Assembly: GCF_016432865.1 (NCBI RefSeq)
Contig: NC_067400.1
Location: 620,558,001-620,622,000, forward strand
Origin: Antechinus flavipes
Taxonomy: Eukaryota
Length of the DNA stretch: 64,000 bases
Direction of reading: 5' to 3'
The notes under the pieces were generated by a model. It saw only the letters and a list, made by a program, of their open reading frames with translations, made no database searches and was not told the origin of the DNA. How positions within the stretch are numbered: position 1 is the first letter of the stretch; each line of letters opens with the position of its first letter. Below, piece after piece: positions 37,430 through 50,670 of the stretch. A program made the position numbers and the translations under genes.

Positions 37430-37605
37430 GGGGCAGCTAAATGGCACAGTGGATGGAGTCCTGCCATGGAATTCAGGAGGACCTGAATTTAAATCTGGCC
37501 TCAGATAATTAATACTTTCTAGCTGTGTGACCCCCAGCAAGTGACTTAACCCCAATTGCCTCAATTACCCCTCCTCCCCCAATAAAATAAATAAATAAAC
37601 ATTTA
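37430..37605 (+). mobile_element. WSINE1-like SINE inserted into a MIR tail
   Basis: GGGGCAGCTAAATGGCACAGTGGATGG... with an A-rich tail and an imperfect TSD ending aaagca. Confidence 0.85.
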
Positions 37606-40600
37606 AAAATAAAAAAGCACATTGAAAATCATTAAGGTATCATCCTCATTCACCAATATTATTGAAGATAGAATTGCATTACCTGACAGGTTTTATTTCT
37701 GTGAAGAAAAGAAAGTGAATTACAACCCTTACAATGTATAGAAATAGGCATTTTTATAACTGAATCATATTCTCCCTAGATGAGAAGCTGGAGCCGTATT
37801 TGTTGTTACAAGTTCCCCCCGACCATCACATGACCAGCTTCTCTCTCTCCCTTGATATCCTATGATGTCATCACTGATGCTTCAAAAAATGTAGAGAGTT
37901 TGTGACTGTATTAGCTCAAAGGAAAACCCAGGAGAACTGAAGGAACATTGATGCAAAAGAATCAATTTGATCATTAATCAGCAGTACCCTGTTGGATGAG
38001 TCTCATTCATGATGATCAAAGGCTCATTCTGTTTCTGGCATTTCTATCTAGCAGTCAGTGAAATGGGTCTCCATCAGTCAGAGCAAGGATGTTAATCAGA
38101 GAGGGAGGTTGTTCCATTAAACCCTGAAAGGGATTCATTTGAAAAGAAGCTTTTCCCTTGGATGAGCTTTGTGGGAAAGTCCCTGCCACTCTCTGGGCAC
38201 AGCCTCATGTCTCGAGGCCACAATGTATTGAGTGCTACAAACCTAGAGTCAAGAGCCCTGAGTTCAAAACCAGCCTCAAATACTAGCCATGCAACAACAA
38301 GTCTTTGGGCCCCCATGTAAGCTTCTTTTCAGCTCTTTAGAGCTATGACCCTTTGATTCTCTAATTACAGGAAACTTGCAGGGAAGTTATGATTTGCTGG
38401 CTCAATAGAAAAATTCTCAAATAAGTAGAGCTGGGGAGCAGGATCCCCCACAGGAGAGGGAGCTCTCTGCCATGAGAAGGTGGCAAGTGTAGCTTCTATC
38501 AAGCTGAGGATGGATTCTTTAAGTATTGCTGTGTCTAATGGTAGCCATATTCTAGGGCTATAGGGGTTAGGGGAGATGAGAGAAGAACAAAATTTCATGA
38601 TAGTTTTTTTGTATATTTGAAAGTGATCTAAGTTGTGCAGGGTAAATTTGTAGTTTCATGTGTGATCATCTTTTTTCATTGTGTTATGTTATGGAAATGC
38701 TGGTTTTATTCCATAAATTAAAAATATTTTTAAAAGTATAGGCACTGAGAAGTTCATTTTTGATTTTTGAACCTGATTCATAGTCCCTCATGTTAAGGGG
38801 AATTTGGATGCATCATACAACTAGAGGAGGAGATATTTCCAGCTGGATAGGAACTTCATAGATGAAAAAGGAGGAGAAAGACGTCCCAGGCACTATGATG
38901 TCTCGAGCACTAGAGATTTAGAACTTGGAGGGATCTTGTAACTCATGTAGCCAGTGTTCTTTGTTCAGAGGATTTGAATGAGGAAACTGAGGCCCATAGT
39001 TTAGGTTACACAAGGTCACACAAATAAGTGTCAGATCCAAGATTCAAATTGAAGTCCGTTGACAAGAAATCCAGGACCTTTTCTAGTATATCATGACCCT
39101 AACTATAATTTGCAGAATCATAGAAGTGGAACTTTTCCCTTGAAAACTTGAAAGTTTATATTATCTCACCTAATTGGAAAGCATTTTAGAGGTCCTATCT
39201 TTCATCAGTTTATCCACTGAAGGGTGGTCATGCTTATACTTACTCCTTGCACAAGGGACCCAGTACTTTGGAAATCTCACAGTATAGGAAGCTTTCTTCC
39301 TTATGAGGAAGACTTTTCGCCAGTTCTGCTTATTTGAGAGTTTTTCTACTGAACCAGTATCTGCTTCCCTATAAATTAGAAATTTAAGGATCAAGGTTCT
39401 AATCTCCCTGAGACTCAGTTTCCCCATCTGGAAATGAAAGTATTTGACTAGATGATTAGATTGTTGGAAGGAAACATAGATATCTTCTTATGTCGTCTTC
39501 TCATCTTACAGATTTAGAAACTGAAAGGAAGAGACTTCAATTAACTTGCCCAAAGTCATGGAGATAATAAATATCAAAAGTAGGACATGACCTGGGTCTT
39601 CATTTTCCAAACCCACTGTGCCAGTTCTGAATTCTCCTCATTAAAGTTGTGCAGAACTGCCCCAATTCTTCTTCCACCTGACAGCCCTTCAGAAAAATAG
39701 ACCACTATCTGTGATTATGTGTCCCTTGGCCTTCTCCATGATCAGAGTATTTCATTCTACCAGCCAATCCTAATAGTATTTGGCTTAGAGATCCCTCATC
39801 CTCCTGCTCATTTTTCTGGATGCGCTAAAGTTACTTCTAGACCTTCTTATCAGGTGCAACAATAAATCAAACAATTCTATGGGATCATTGTGAACCAGCT
39901 AACTTAATTTAATTAAATCAGACAACTAATTCCATGTTGGGAGGATCCCATACATTTAAATCAGATTGGACCAAATGAATTGATTGATTGTCATGAATTC
40001 AAAATTTCTGAATTTGACTTTTCTTCCTTAGACTGTTTCACAGACCTGGTAATTATGGTTTTCTGGGGGGGAGTAGAAAAAAAGTAGTCAGACTTTAGAT
40101 CTGTAACCCCAGTCTGACTTTCTTTGATAGTAAATGTATCTCAGGTATTAGAAGGTTAAACTTGATATTAGGAAGATTTGTGTTCTAGTCTTGTCTTGCA
40201 TTTTTACTAGTTAGTTAAGAAAATTATAGCCTCTTTGAGTTTCAATTTTTCTCACCTATAAAATTGCCATAATAGGGTTAGTACAAAGTACAAATGAAAC
40301 AGTCAATGTGAGCAAACTTGAAGTCTTAATTTGACCACTGTCTTGTACGTTTGAAGTCAAATCACTTTATTTCTCTAGTTTCTTTGAAGGGAGGATCGAA
40401 GTGAGTAGTTTTCAAAGATATAGCCCAGAGCTAACCTTCTGGGAACTACATTTTTAGGTATTTCCCGGGACTGATATTCTGACACTACCATACTATCTTG
40501 CATCTGATCTATTTCTAACTGTATATCACTGTACAAATGTCGAATCTCCCCAAGATTCACTTTCCTCATCTGGAAAAGATGGCTTATGAAATTGCCTCCA

Positions 40601-41518
40601 TGGTCTCATAGTTATAGATTTTAAAGATTTGACATTCTATGTTCCAGATGTGCTGTAGTGAATAGATCCCTTTACATGGAGCCAGGAAGACTTCACTTTG
40701 CATATTGATTCAGACACTTATTGGCTATATGACCCTCAATAGATTACTCAGTTTCTTTATAAAATGGGTATACTGTTTGCACCTCCCAGAGGTGTATGAT
40801 AATAAAATGAAATGATGGATGTAAAGTGCTTTGTAAATCTCAAGGTGCTATATAAATAATATTCGGCATTATTATTATTCTAAAATAACACTATGATAAT
40901 TTTTGTCCTAACATTTTATGTTCTAAGACATCTTTCACCTGTGATATTTTGTTGTTTTTTGAAGATAAATCCCCCAACATATCTACCTGTCTAATTCATA
41001 ACTTTCCCTATTGCATGTGCATCCCTAGCCATTTATAGCCTTTCCCACTTCCCAGTCTTTCACTCCTTACTCCTCGGATTTGCCTAGTTGTTCAGAATGA
41101 GGGAAGTGGGTGTATGGAGGAGAAAGAAATTCTGAAAGTTGGCCTGTTTTCATATCCTTCTCCCTTACCTCTGATCCATAAATCTGTTCTTTACCAAGTC
41201 CCCCATGAACATACACCCAGAGCAGAAAGTCTTCTCCAAGGATGTCTAGCCCATCTTTCCCAGTATCATAAGAAGTGATGTCAAGGAAATAGAAACAAGT
41301 GAGACTCAGTCTTCTAAATGTACAGAAGCTTGAAAAGTTGGATTTCCTGACATCCTCAAAGCCAAGATCTCCCTCTTTCTCTCTGGCTGCTCTTTTCTAA
41401 TTCTTGACACAGTGACAGAGGAATCCCCTTAACAATGGAGAGCTGACACCAGGAATGATCCAAAAGGAGGATAATAATTAGAGGAGGAAAAATTAGCCTT
41501 TACCTTTTCTTTTTACTT

Positions 41519-41600
41519 CCTTGAGGGACTTCAAGGTCCTCCAAGGGACAGAGTGCTCATTAAAATAAAATATGCTGAAAATAGCTTGGGAATCAGAAGT
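41519..41600 (-). promoter_or_regulatory. Putative promoter of OR 35151-36086 (homeodomain plus O/E module)
   Basis: Sense strand TTTTAATGA (41557-41565), 8-nt spacer, TCCCTTGGAG (41539-41548), second O/E-like site at 41519-41528. Conserved with 59288-59355. Confidence 0.65.
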
Positions 41601-41709
41601 AAACTTTCTGATTCGTTTAGAGTTATTAATGGAAAGTTTGTCAAGTCGAAGTTATTGAATCCACTCAGAAAATTGACTCAACTACAGGGAAAAACACCTT
41701 ATAACAATT

Positions 41710-41835
41710 GGTGTGTGTGTGTGTGTGTGTGTGTGTGTGACACAGACACACACAGAGAGACAGAGACTGAAGCACAGAAAATAACAGAGACACAGACTGA
41801 GACAGAAATAAAAAGACACAGACACACACACAGAG
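41710..41835. repeat. (TG)n followed by a degenerate (CA/GA)-rich repeat
   Basis: Read directly from the sequence. Confidence 0.9.
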
Positions 41836-43749
41836 TGGCGAAGGGATGAACAGACAAATAGGAAGGGCGAAGTCATACCATAGGTAAACAGGCCCTTGCT
41901 ATGAGGAATTCAATCAGAATATTTAATTACAGAGTTGGAATGGTCCTCAGAACACAGAATGTCAGCTGGGAAGAGTTTCTAATGACTTTCTGGTCCACAG
42001 TTCTCATTTTATTTAAAACATTCTTAGAATTTTATCTCTCATTAACATAATATTCATGTTTTGATTCTCTACCTATTGTTCAGTGCCCAACATGAATGTC
42101 ACTTTCTCCAGGAAGGATTTTCTACTTTCCTCCATTCTTCCTCTACCTTAGGGAGTATCTTCCCCTTTCAACCTCACTTAGAACTATTTCTGGCACCTTT
42201 CTCAGAACATTTTAGGGCAATCTTGTTAGCTGTCAATCTCTCTTATACTTGTATTCCTCATTTGTAAGACAGGAATAAGATTATGTATGACATATATTGC
42301 ATTGGACTATATGAGAGTCTAATAAAATAAGAGACAAAACACTTTTCAAATTATAGAGTGCTATAAACATTTCATGTTGTCATGATTATTATTGTTATGA
42401 ACCCTAGAACAATGGCAGCTATTCATCTGTTCTTTTAGTATATAGAACAAATATTGTTGCCATTTTAGAGATGAAGATAGATAGGTCTTATCCTCACTGA
42501 AATTGAGGAGTTTGCTAGGTGACAGACAGAACTGTACTCTGAAAAGAAAGAAAGATTTTCATCTTGTTTGTCCACTTTAGGACTCCGATGATAATAACAG
42601 TTGGCATTTTGGTGGCATTTTACAATTTTCAAAATGTTTTTACTTTGATTATCTCATTTAATCCTGTCATAAAACAAACAAACCAAACAAAACTTTACAG
42701 ATAAAAAATCTGAGATGAAGAGAAATAGAGTAGTGGCTAATAAAAGTGATTGTCTTTTTATTTGCTTTTGCAAAATTTATTCTACTTTTGTATTTTTATT
42801 ATATATCATTAATTCATTAAGAATCTCTGATACTTGGATAAGATTCTCTAATAGATGTTCTAAATTTGTTTTAGATTTTTAAAATTGAAATGTCTGCTTT
42901 CTGATCTAATTACCATTCTCATATTTTCTTTTTTCATTTTCATTTTTTTAAGAGACAATATAGTTTAAATGACTTGTCCAGGATCATACCGCTGGCAAAT
43001 GTCTGAGGCTTGATTTGTTCTCAGTACTCCAGTATCCATTGTGTCACCTAATATTTCTTTTCAAGTTTGAACTTTTAAACCATTCTGGAATTTCTTATTT
43101 ACCTGTAATCTCTCGAACGGGAAGAATTCTCTTCTTTATTTGGAGTTTTTGACTTATTTTTCTTTGAGCTGTAACATTAACTCATTGTGTTATGGCCTTT
43201 CAAACATTCATTTTTTATTTCAATAAATTTGAATCTCATTGTAGACTTATTTTGAGAGGAGTTAGGGTTAAATCTAGTCCTTAATCTTTTTTTACTAATT
43301 GTCTCAGACTTCTGTTAATGTCAAGTGTTAATAATTTATTCAAAAGGACTATTCAAATGTTATTTTGATCTCTTTGGAACAAAAGACTAGTAGTGATTTT
43401 ATTAGGTTAAAAGGTATGGACCATTTAATGCTTTTTGAACATAGCTCTAAATTGCTCTTTAAAATAGCTGGATCAGTTTACAACTCCACCAATGATGCAT
43501 TGGTATACCTATTTTCCATACTAGCATTCTAATAATTATCATTTTTCTCTTTTATTATCTTTGCCAATCTGATCGATTTAAGGTAGAAACTCAAAGTTGC
43601 TTTAATTTATATTTCTCTAAGGATTAGTGATTTGTAAATTTTTTTCATATAGTTGTTGATAGCTAAGTGTTTTTCCTTTGAAATATACCTATTCGTATTT
43701 CAAATTTTCAAAATTGTCCATTTGATCTTCTGTGATCTTATCTCTCACT

Positions 43750-46700
43750 TTTAAAAAAATTTTATTTAAAACTTAAATACAAAAGAAAAAAGAAAAAAAA
43801 TTGCCATATGCACAGCAGAACATGAAACAGCAAATTTGTTTCAAGAAAGCTTATATAATAAATACTACACATTGAATTCGGAGCTTTCCACCTTTTCTTT
43901 GCTTCCTTGTAGGTTTTCATTTATTCTTTGTTGTGCACTTTTTACTGTATTCCTTATTTCCCCTATTTTTCTCCCCACTTTACCCAAGAAGGCTAAAAGT
44001 AAGTATGGATATGTGTGTATAAATATACATATATATATATGTGTGTGTGTATACATATATACATATATGCATACATAGAAATCTATAATTATGCACATAC
44101 ACATTTATATCTATATATCTATGTAAGACTATATAATGCTTATTTGTCCTCTTGTTTCTCTGAAAGTGGATAATATCATCTTTCATAAGTCCAGGTCTTT
44201 CTATTTTTCTAAAACCACTAACATTTTTTCCTATTCTACAGCAATATTAAAACTTTATACTACCAAGTTATTTTAAATCATCTAAAACAATATTGATTAA
44301 TTTCACTGCTAGATAGTGTGGTTTCCCTATTCTCTGCCTCTCTTATTTATTTATAAATTTAGAAAACATTTATACAAATATATGCTTTATACATATATGT
44401 ATATATTTATATACACATATAGGTATGCCATACTATATACATAAACATACATATATATACATAAACATATATATATATATACATAAACATATATATATAT
44501 ATATAGTTCCCTCTTTATTCCATTTCTGATGTCAGTAGAATTCCAGAAGCTCTCCTCCCCCACATAATTTCTGTGTCAGTTATTTGCTCTTGCACCTTAT
44601 TCATAGATCATGATTCCTCTTTTTGCCTTTTCTGACGTTCTACTCTTTAAAATCACATTATTCTTATCTCTACTCCAATCTTTCTTTCAAACTAGCCAAT
44701 TACTGAGATGCCTGGAGAGACTTCCATGAACTGAAGCTAAGTGAAGTGAGCAAAACCAGGAGATCATTTTGCACAGCAATGACAAGATTATGTGATGATC
44801 AGTTTTGATGGACCTGATGATTCAAGCCAGTTCCAATGGTCTTGTGATGAGGAGAGCCATCTACACTGGGAGTGAGAACTGGGTATGGATCACAAAATAG
44901 TATTTTCATTTTATTGTGGTTCTTTGCTTGCATTTTGTTTTCTTTCTCGTTTTTTTCCTTTTTGATCTGATTTTTCTTGTGTAGCATGATAATTGTAGAA
45001 ATATAAATAGAAGAATGGCACATGTTTAACATATATATGATTACTTGCTGTCTGGGGCAGGGAGTGGGGGAAAGGGAGGGAAAAATTTGGAACCCAACGT
45101 TTTCCAAGGATGAATATTGAAAATTAATCTATGCATATATTTTGTAAATAAAAAGCTTCAATTAAAAAAAAAAACTAACCAATTACTAATGAAAATTTTA
45201 GACAAATGGTTTACATTTTCACATCTAAAATATAAAGTTTGTACTTGTTAAGCCCTTTGAAATTATTCTTTGTTGTTTACCTTATATTTTTCTTGGATCT
45301 TATATGTCAAATTGTCTATTAAGTTCAGGTCTTTTTTCAACATAATCCTGAAAGTCTGGCAATTCATTGATTATTTATTTTTTGTTCAGGATTATGCTTA
45401 ATTTTGTTGGGTATGCTATTTTCAGCCACAATCTTAGTTCTTTTGTCTTTTAATGTAGTTGCTGCTAGGTCTTGTATAATTCTAATTGTAGCTTCTCCAT
45501 ATTTGAATTTTTTTCTGTTATGACTTTTAATATTTTTACCCAGAGATTTGGGAATCTGACTATGATGTATTGTACATTTTCCTTGTAGAATTCCTTTCAG
45601 GTGGTGATTGTGGATTTTTAAAAATTTCTACTTTATTGTTCTAACACTTCAGGACAATTTTCTTAAATTATTTCTTGTGTTATTGTTTCAAGATTCTTTA
45701 AAAAAAAGTCATAGCTTACAAATAGTCCAATTATTCTTTTGTTTTCTTTTCTTGATCTGTTCTCCAGATCAGTTGATTTTCTTATGAGGTGTTTCACATT
45801 CTCTTATATTTTTTCATTCTTTATATTTTATTTTATTATTTCTTGGTCTCTTATAACTTCATTGTTTTCCCCTTGCCCAATTTTAATTTTTAAGGAATCA
45901 TTTTCTTCCTTAAGATTCTGAATCTCTTTTTCTAGATGATTGACTTTCTTTTCCTAATCTTGTTTTTCATGGATTCTTCTTTCTTAGTTTCTTTCAATGG
46001 ATTTTTAAAGTCCTTTTTTGAGTTCTTCTATGAATTTTTTTTGGGAAGGTAACCATTAACATCACTTTTTTTGGGTCAGGAGTGGATTTTTTGCATAAGT
46101 ATCCTTCTTTGAAGATGAACATTGGTCTTCCCTACTTTTAGAATATTTATAGTATATAGTATAGTATTCTGTGATTGGGGTCGTTCTCCTTTCTCTGCTC
46201 GTCTTTCTTTTTTATTCATAGGAGATTGTTAATGTAATAATCACCTCTAATCCTGGGGCATAGAAGATGATGACTTTCACCTCAAGTCCTCTTTCAGTTC
46301 TCTCTTCTGGCCTGGAACCCCAAACTAAGACCTCTGCCTTCCTGTAAGTGCCTACAACCAGCAATGTTCCTGTCTCACTGCTTCTATATTCACTGGATGT
46401 GTTTTGGTTCCTTCTTGCCCAGGACAGAGTCTCAGCAGCACAGTTAGATCTGGCATTTCCTATCCACAGAGGTTTCCTTACTCTTCCCAGACTCACATGC
46501 TTGACTCTCTACACTGTCTGGAAAGTGAAAATCCTTGTGGCTGGGCTAAAGTTAGTTCCAGGGCTCCCTGCTTGCTATTTCAGTGGAACTAACCTAGAGC
46601 TGTTTACTCTTCACATGGGGGAAATCTCCATCTTGATATCTTTCTTTGCATCTTCTCAGATTGTTCTGGGAAGAGCACCATTTTGTTCCAACTCTTATTT

Positions 46701-46808
46701 GTTTTTATTTTTCTACATTCACACCAAGGCACTATTTTGTTTTGTTTGTTGGGGAAATCTGGAGAGCTTGGAATTTCCTGATGTACTCTGACATCTTCCC
46801 AGAATCCT
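43750..46808 (-). mobile_element. HAL1-like element (L1 5'UTR plus ORF1 plus long 3'UTR, no ORF2 seen), degenerate
   Basis: The minus strand near 45745-45930 reads KVNHLEKEIQNLKEENDSLKIKIG...RKSTDLENRSR (ORF1p coiled coil and DLENRSR motif, with stops). 5' end ctctgacatcttccc; ORF1 runs into UTR-like sequence. Confidence 0.7.
44705..45171 (+). mobile_element. L1 3' end nested in the HAL1-like element
   Basis: TSD AAACTAGCCAATTACT (44689-44704) / AAACTAACCAATTACT (45172-45187), with poly(A). Confidence 0.9.
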
Positions 46809-47699
46809 CTCCTTATCTAACTCTTATTTGGTCCTAAATGCTTCCCTATCTATGGATCCAAAAGGCAATTTCTTTATCAGTCTTCTAATTTGTTTATGAT
46901 ATCATTTTTTGGGGGGAGGAGGCTAAATCATGTCTATCCCTTTGGAACTTATATTGGTATATTGTGAGATATTAGATTATATCTAATTTCTGCTAGGTTG
47001 CTTTCCAGTTTTGCCAGTAGTTTTTCTCTACTAGTGGGTCCTGAACTTAACATAAACTCAGCAAGTTTATTTGAGTTTTTGTATTTGAGTTTATCACCAC
47101 CATGTTATTATGTATATTTTGTTTATTTTGTATATTTGCATATCTTTGTATCTTTGTATATTTTGTGTTTCCAGTTTATTCAATAGATCAATCTTTTCAT
47201 ATAATTGTAGGCACTGGAGTTACAACTGTAATTCTATACATTTTGATCTGCTTTACATCACACTTACTTTAATAGCCTCTCCCACAGAGACTTGAGATGC
47301 TGTTACTGTATCTTAAAGAGGTAATAAGGCACAGTAGTAAGATGGTGATGTTCTGGGTTCTGTGTTGTGATCCATGGAATGAATTCTGTCTCAGCCTCCG
47401 AGAGCTTCTAGTGCACTTCTCCTTTCTGGCCCTGACAGCTTTTCCTTATATGTTCTACACTGAGTACACACCAATCATTATATCACTAGGAAACCATGAT
47501 TTGTTGTAGGATTAAATCAATGCTAAACTAGATTTAACCATTATTTCCTCAATTCTACTTAGCACCTTGTAAGAATCCTAACAGTAATCTATGGACTTAA
47601 TTGTCTTAATTTAAAACTTTGGAGCATTTTCTTATTATTTTGGAAAATGTAATCAATTAAAACTTGTAATTTTATTTTCCTGGAAGATCCATGATCCTT

Positions 47700-48290
47700 G
47701 TTACCTTTGTTTATGCCTTTAATCCAGCTTGGGACCTTGTTATTCCATCAAAACTTCTCTCTCTAGAGTTTCTAATGATCTCTTAGTTCCCAGATCCAGT
47801 AGCCTTTACTCAGTGCTCAGCCTGCTTGACATCTGCAGCCTTTATTGCTGTTGATCACTTTCTCTTTTATACTCAGTTTACTTTTTTGACACTGTTCTCT
47901 CCTGTTTCTCCTCCTACCTACTAACTATCCCTTTTTTAGTTCCCATTGCTGGATCTTTATTCATATAGGCTCTGTCTTGGGCATTCTCTTCATTTCTCTC
48001 TCTTACTTTAATTGATGGTTTCATCAATTCCCATGGTTTCAATGATCATTTTTATTCTGATAATTCTCAAGTCTACTTATCCAGCCCTAATCACTCTCTT
48101 GCCCTGTAGTCTTTCATCATCAATTGCCTTTTTGATGTCTCAAACTGGATGTTTCATAGGTATCTTAAATTCAACATGTCTAAAATTGAATTCATTATCT
48201 TTCCCTCTAAATCTTCTACTCTTCCTGACTTGCCTATTGTTTTCTGGGGCATCATCACTTTTCCAAGCACCCAAACTTTAAAACCTCAGT
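47700..48290 (+). mobile_element. L2 relic
   Basis: atcttaaattcaacatgtctaaaattgaattcattatctttccc (L2 motif). Confidence 0.7.
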
Positions 48291-48519
48291 TGTTATTTGT
48301 GGAAGACTTAAGAGGAATCATGGTAAACTGCCTTGGCCTATCATGTGGAAAAGGGATGAAGCTTGATCTGTTTGGCTTCAGGAGGCAGAAAGAGGAACAA
48401 TGAAAAAAAAATGCTTGCAGAGAGGTAGATATGGATCTCATGTAATGAAAACATTCTTACTGGGTATGATGTATCAAGGTGTCAGTCAATAATATCTCTT
48501 AAGCACCTACTATGTACCA

Positions 48520-48730
48520 GGGCATAGCATGTAGTGGATAGAAATGAGCTTGGAGTCAGGAGGATCAGGGTTCATTTGCAGCTTCAGATATTTAGTATCA
48601 TTGTGACTCTGGGCAAGTAAACTGATTCAGAGAAGTAGATGGCAAATCAGTCTAGTATTTTTGCCGAGAAAATCCTAAATGAAGTCACAAAGAGTTAGAC
48701 ATGATTGAAAAGACTGAACGATAGCAACAT
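48520..48730 (+). mobile_element. MAR1-like SINE
   Basis: CORE-SINE head plus RTE-like tail (aagtcacaaagagttagacatgattgaaaagactgaacg). Confidence 0.75.
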
Positions 48731-49589
48731 TATGTATCAGGAACTATGATAAGTGTGCTTCTGAGATGCTTTCCAGTTCTGAGCTGGGTGTTGATGAGAA
48801 CTTTCCTGGTCCATGAAAGTGGTAAGAATATATTATATAATTTAGATGGAGACGGACCATCTGACAGACCATCTGGGTCTTCTCTGTGTCTTTGGTAAAT
48901 ATATAACCCGGGATCAAGCCCATCAGTTTCTAAGGGATTCCTTGATTGCTGCCTTTGTAGAGAACAAAAAGAGCGCCATGGACGGACACTTATTCCTTCA
49001 TTTGCCTATTTTGAAAAAGAGTATTGGGCTAGGATTTTAACTGTCTACTATATTCCATAGATTTGTAGTCTATAGCTATGATGTTCTTCTAGGAAATCCA
49101 CAATCAAAGTCAGTTTCCCTGGTACCTTCCAAGGGCAGGGTAGTAGTTTTTTCTAACTAATCTCAGTTCCCTCTCACCAACCTTGAGTAGGAGATCAACA
49201 TGTTTAAGCAAATAGTACAAAGAAATTGGGGAAATGATACAGATTAGAGTAGATAATAAAATAACCAAGAACAAATGAGTTCTTCAAAATCTCAGCTCAA
49301 CCAAGAGGAGATCTCACTGGGTAAGTCTACTCTAAGCAGTTTGGGGGGTTGCAGGCACTGGAATACAAAGGACATGGGGAGACTCCCTTTATATATGTGA
49401 CATTGGGGTCTCTCATTCTCTATGTAGAAATTTCTGCAATTTGTCACACTTACTTCTCTAACTTTTTTTTCTCTCTTTTTCTTTCCTAGTATCTTTATAC
49501 CTTCCTAGTGTCTCAGGGTCTGTCAGCCAGTCAGGAATTGTGTAGTCAGTGCAGAATATTACTGTGCTGTCTTTCAAGGATAGGGCTTT

Positions 49590-50670
49590 TTTTTTTTAAA
49601 CTTTTTATTTTCAAAACATATGCATAGATTATTTTCAACATTCACCTTCACAAAATCTTGCATCCCAAGGTTTTTTCCCCCTCTCTTTCCCCAACCCCCT
49701 CTCCTAGATAGCAAATAATCCAACAATAAACATGTATAATTCTTTCACACATATTTCCACAATTATCATGCTGCACAAGAAAAATTAGGTCAAAAGGGGA
49801 AAAAATGAGAAAGAAAAAAAAACAAACAAAGAATAACAAAAAAGTAAAAATACTGTGTTGTGATCCATACTCAATCCCCACAGTCCCCTATTGTTGTTGA
49901 TGGCTCTCTCTATCATAAGATCTTTGGAAATGGCCTGAATCGCCTTACTGCTGAAAAGAGCTGCAGCCATCAGAATTGATCATTTTATTTATTTATTTTT
50001 ATTTTTTATTTTTTTTTATTTTAAAATTTTATTATTATTATTTGTTATAACTTTTTATTGACAGAACCCATGCCAGGGTAATTTTTACAGCATTATCCCT
50101 TGCACTCACTTCTGTTCCAACTTTTCCCCTCTCTCCTTCCACCCCCTCCCCCAGATGGCAAGCAGTCCTATACAAGTTAAATATGTCACAGTGTATCCTA
50201 GATACAATATGTGTGTAGAACTGAACAGTTCTCTTGTTGCACAGGAAGAATTAGATTCAGAAGGTAAAAATAACCTGTGAAGAAAGACAAAAATGCACAC
50301 AGTTTACATTCATTTCCCAGTGTTCTTTCTTTGGGTGTAGCTGCTTCTGTCCATCCTTGACCAGAATTGATCATTTTATAATCTTGCTGTTTCTATGTAC
50401 AATGTTCTCCTGGTTCTACTCACTTCAGTCAGTGTGAAAGTCTCTCCAGACCTCTCTGAAATCATCCTGCTGATCATTTCTTATAAAACAATAATATTCC
50501 ACAACGTTCATATACCATACCTTATTCAATCATTCCCCAACAGATGAACATCTATTTACTTTCCAGTCCTTGCCACTGCAAAAAAGGCTTCTACAAACAT
50601 TTTTCACATGTGGGTCCTTTTCCCTTTTTTTTGTGATCTCTTTGGGATAACGGCTCAGTAGAGACACTAA
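49590..50670 (-). mobile_element. L1 3' end with a younger nested L1 3' end (49989-50361)
   Basis: Perfect 18-bp TSD CAGAATTGATCATTTTAT at 49971-49988 and 50362-50379. Confidence 0.9.

Noticed and set aside
46212-46837. Cluster of ORFs including 147 aa at 46348..46791
   Set aside because: Within the 5'UTR of the HAL1-like element; no coding signature.
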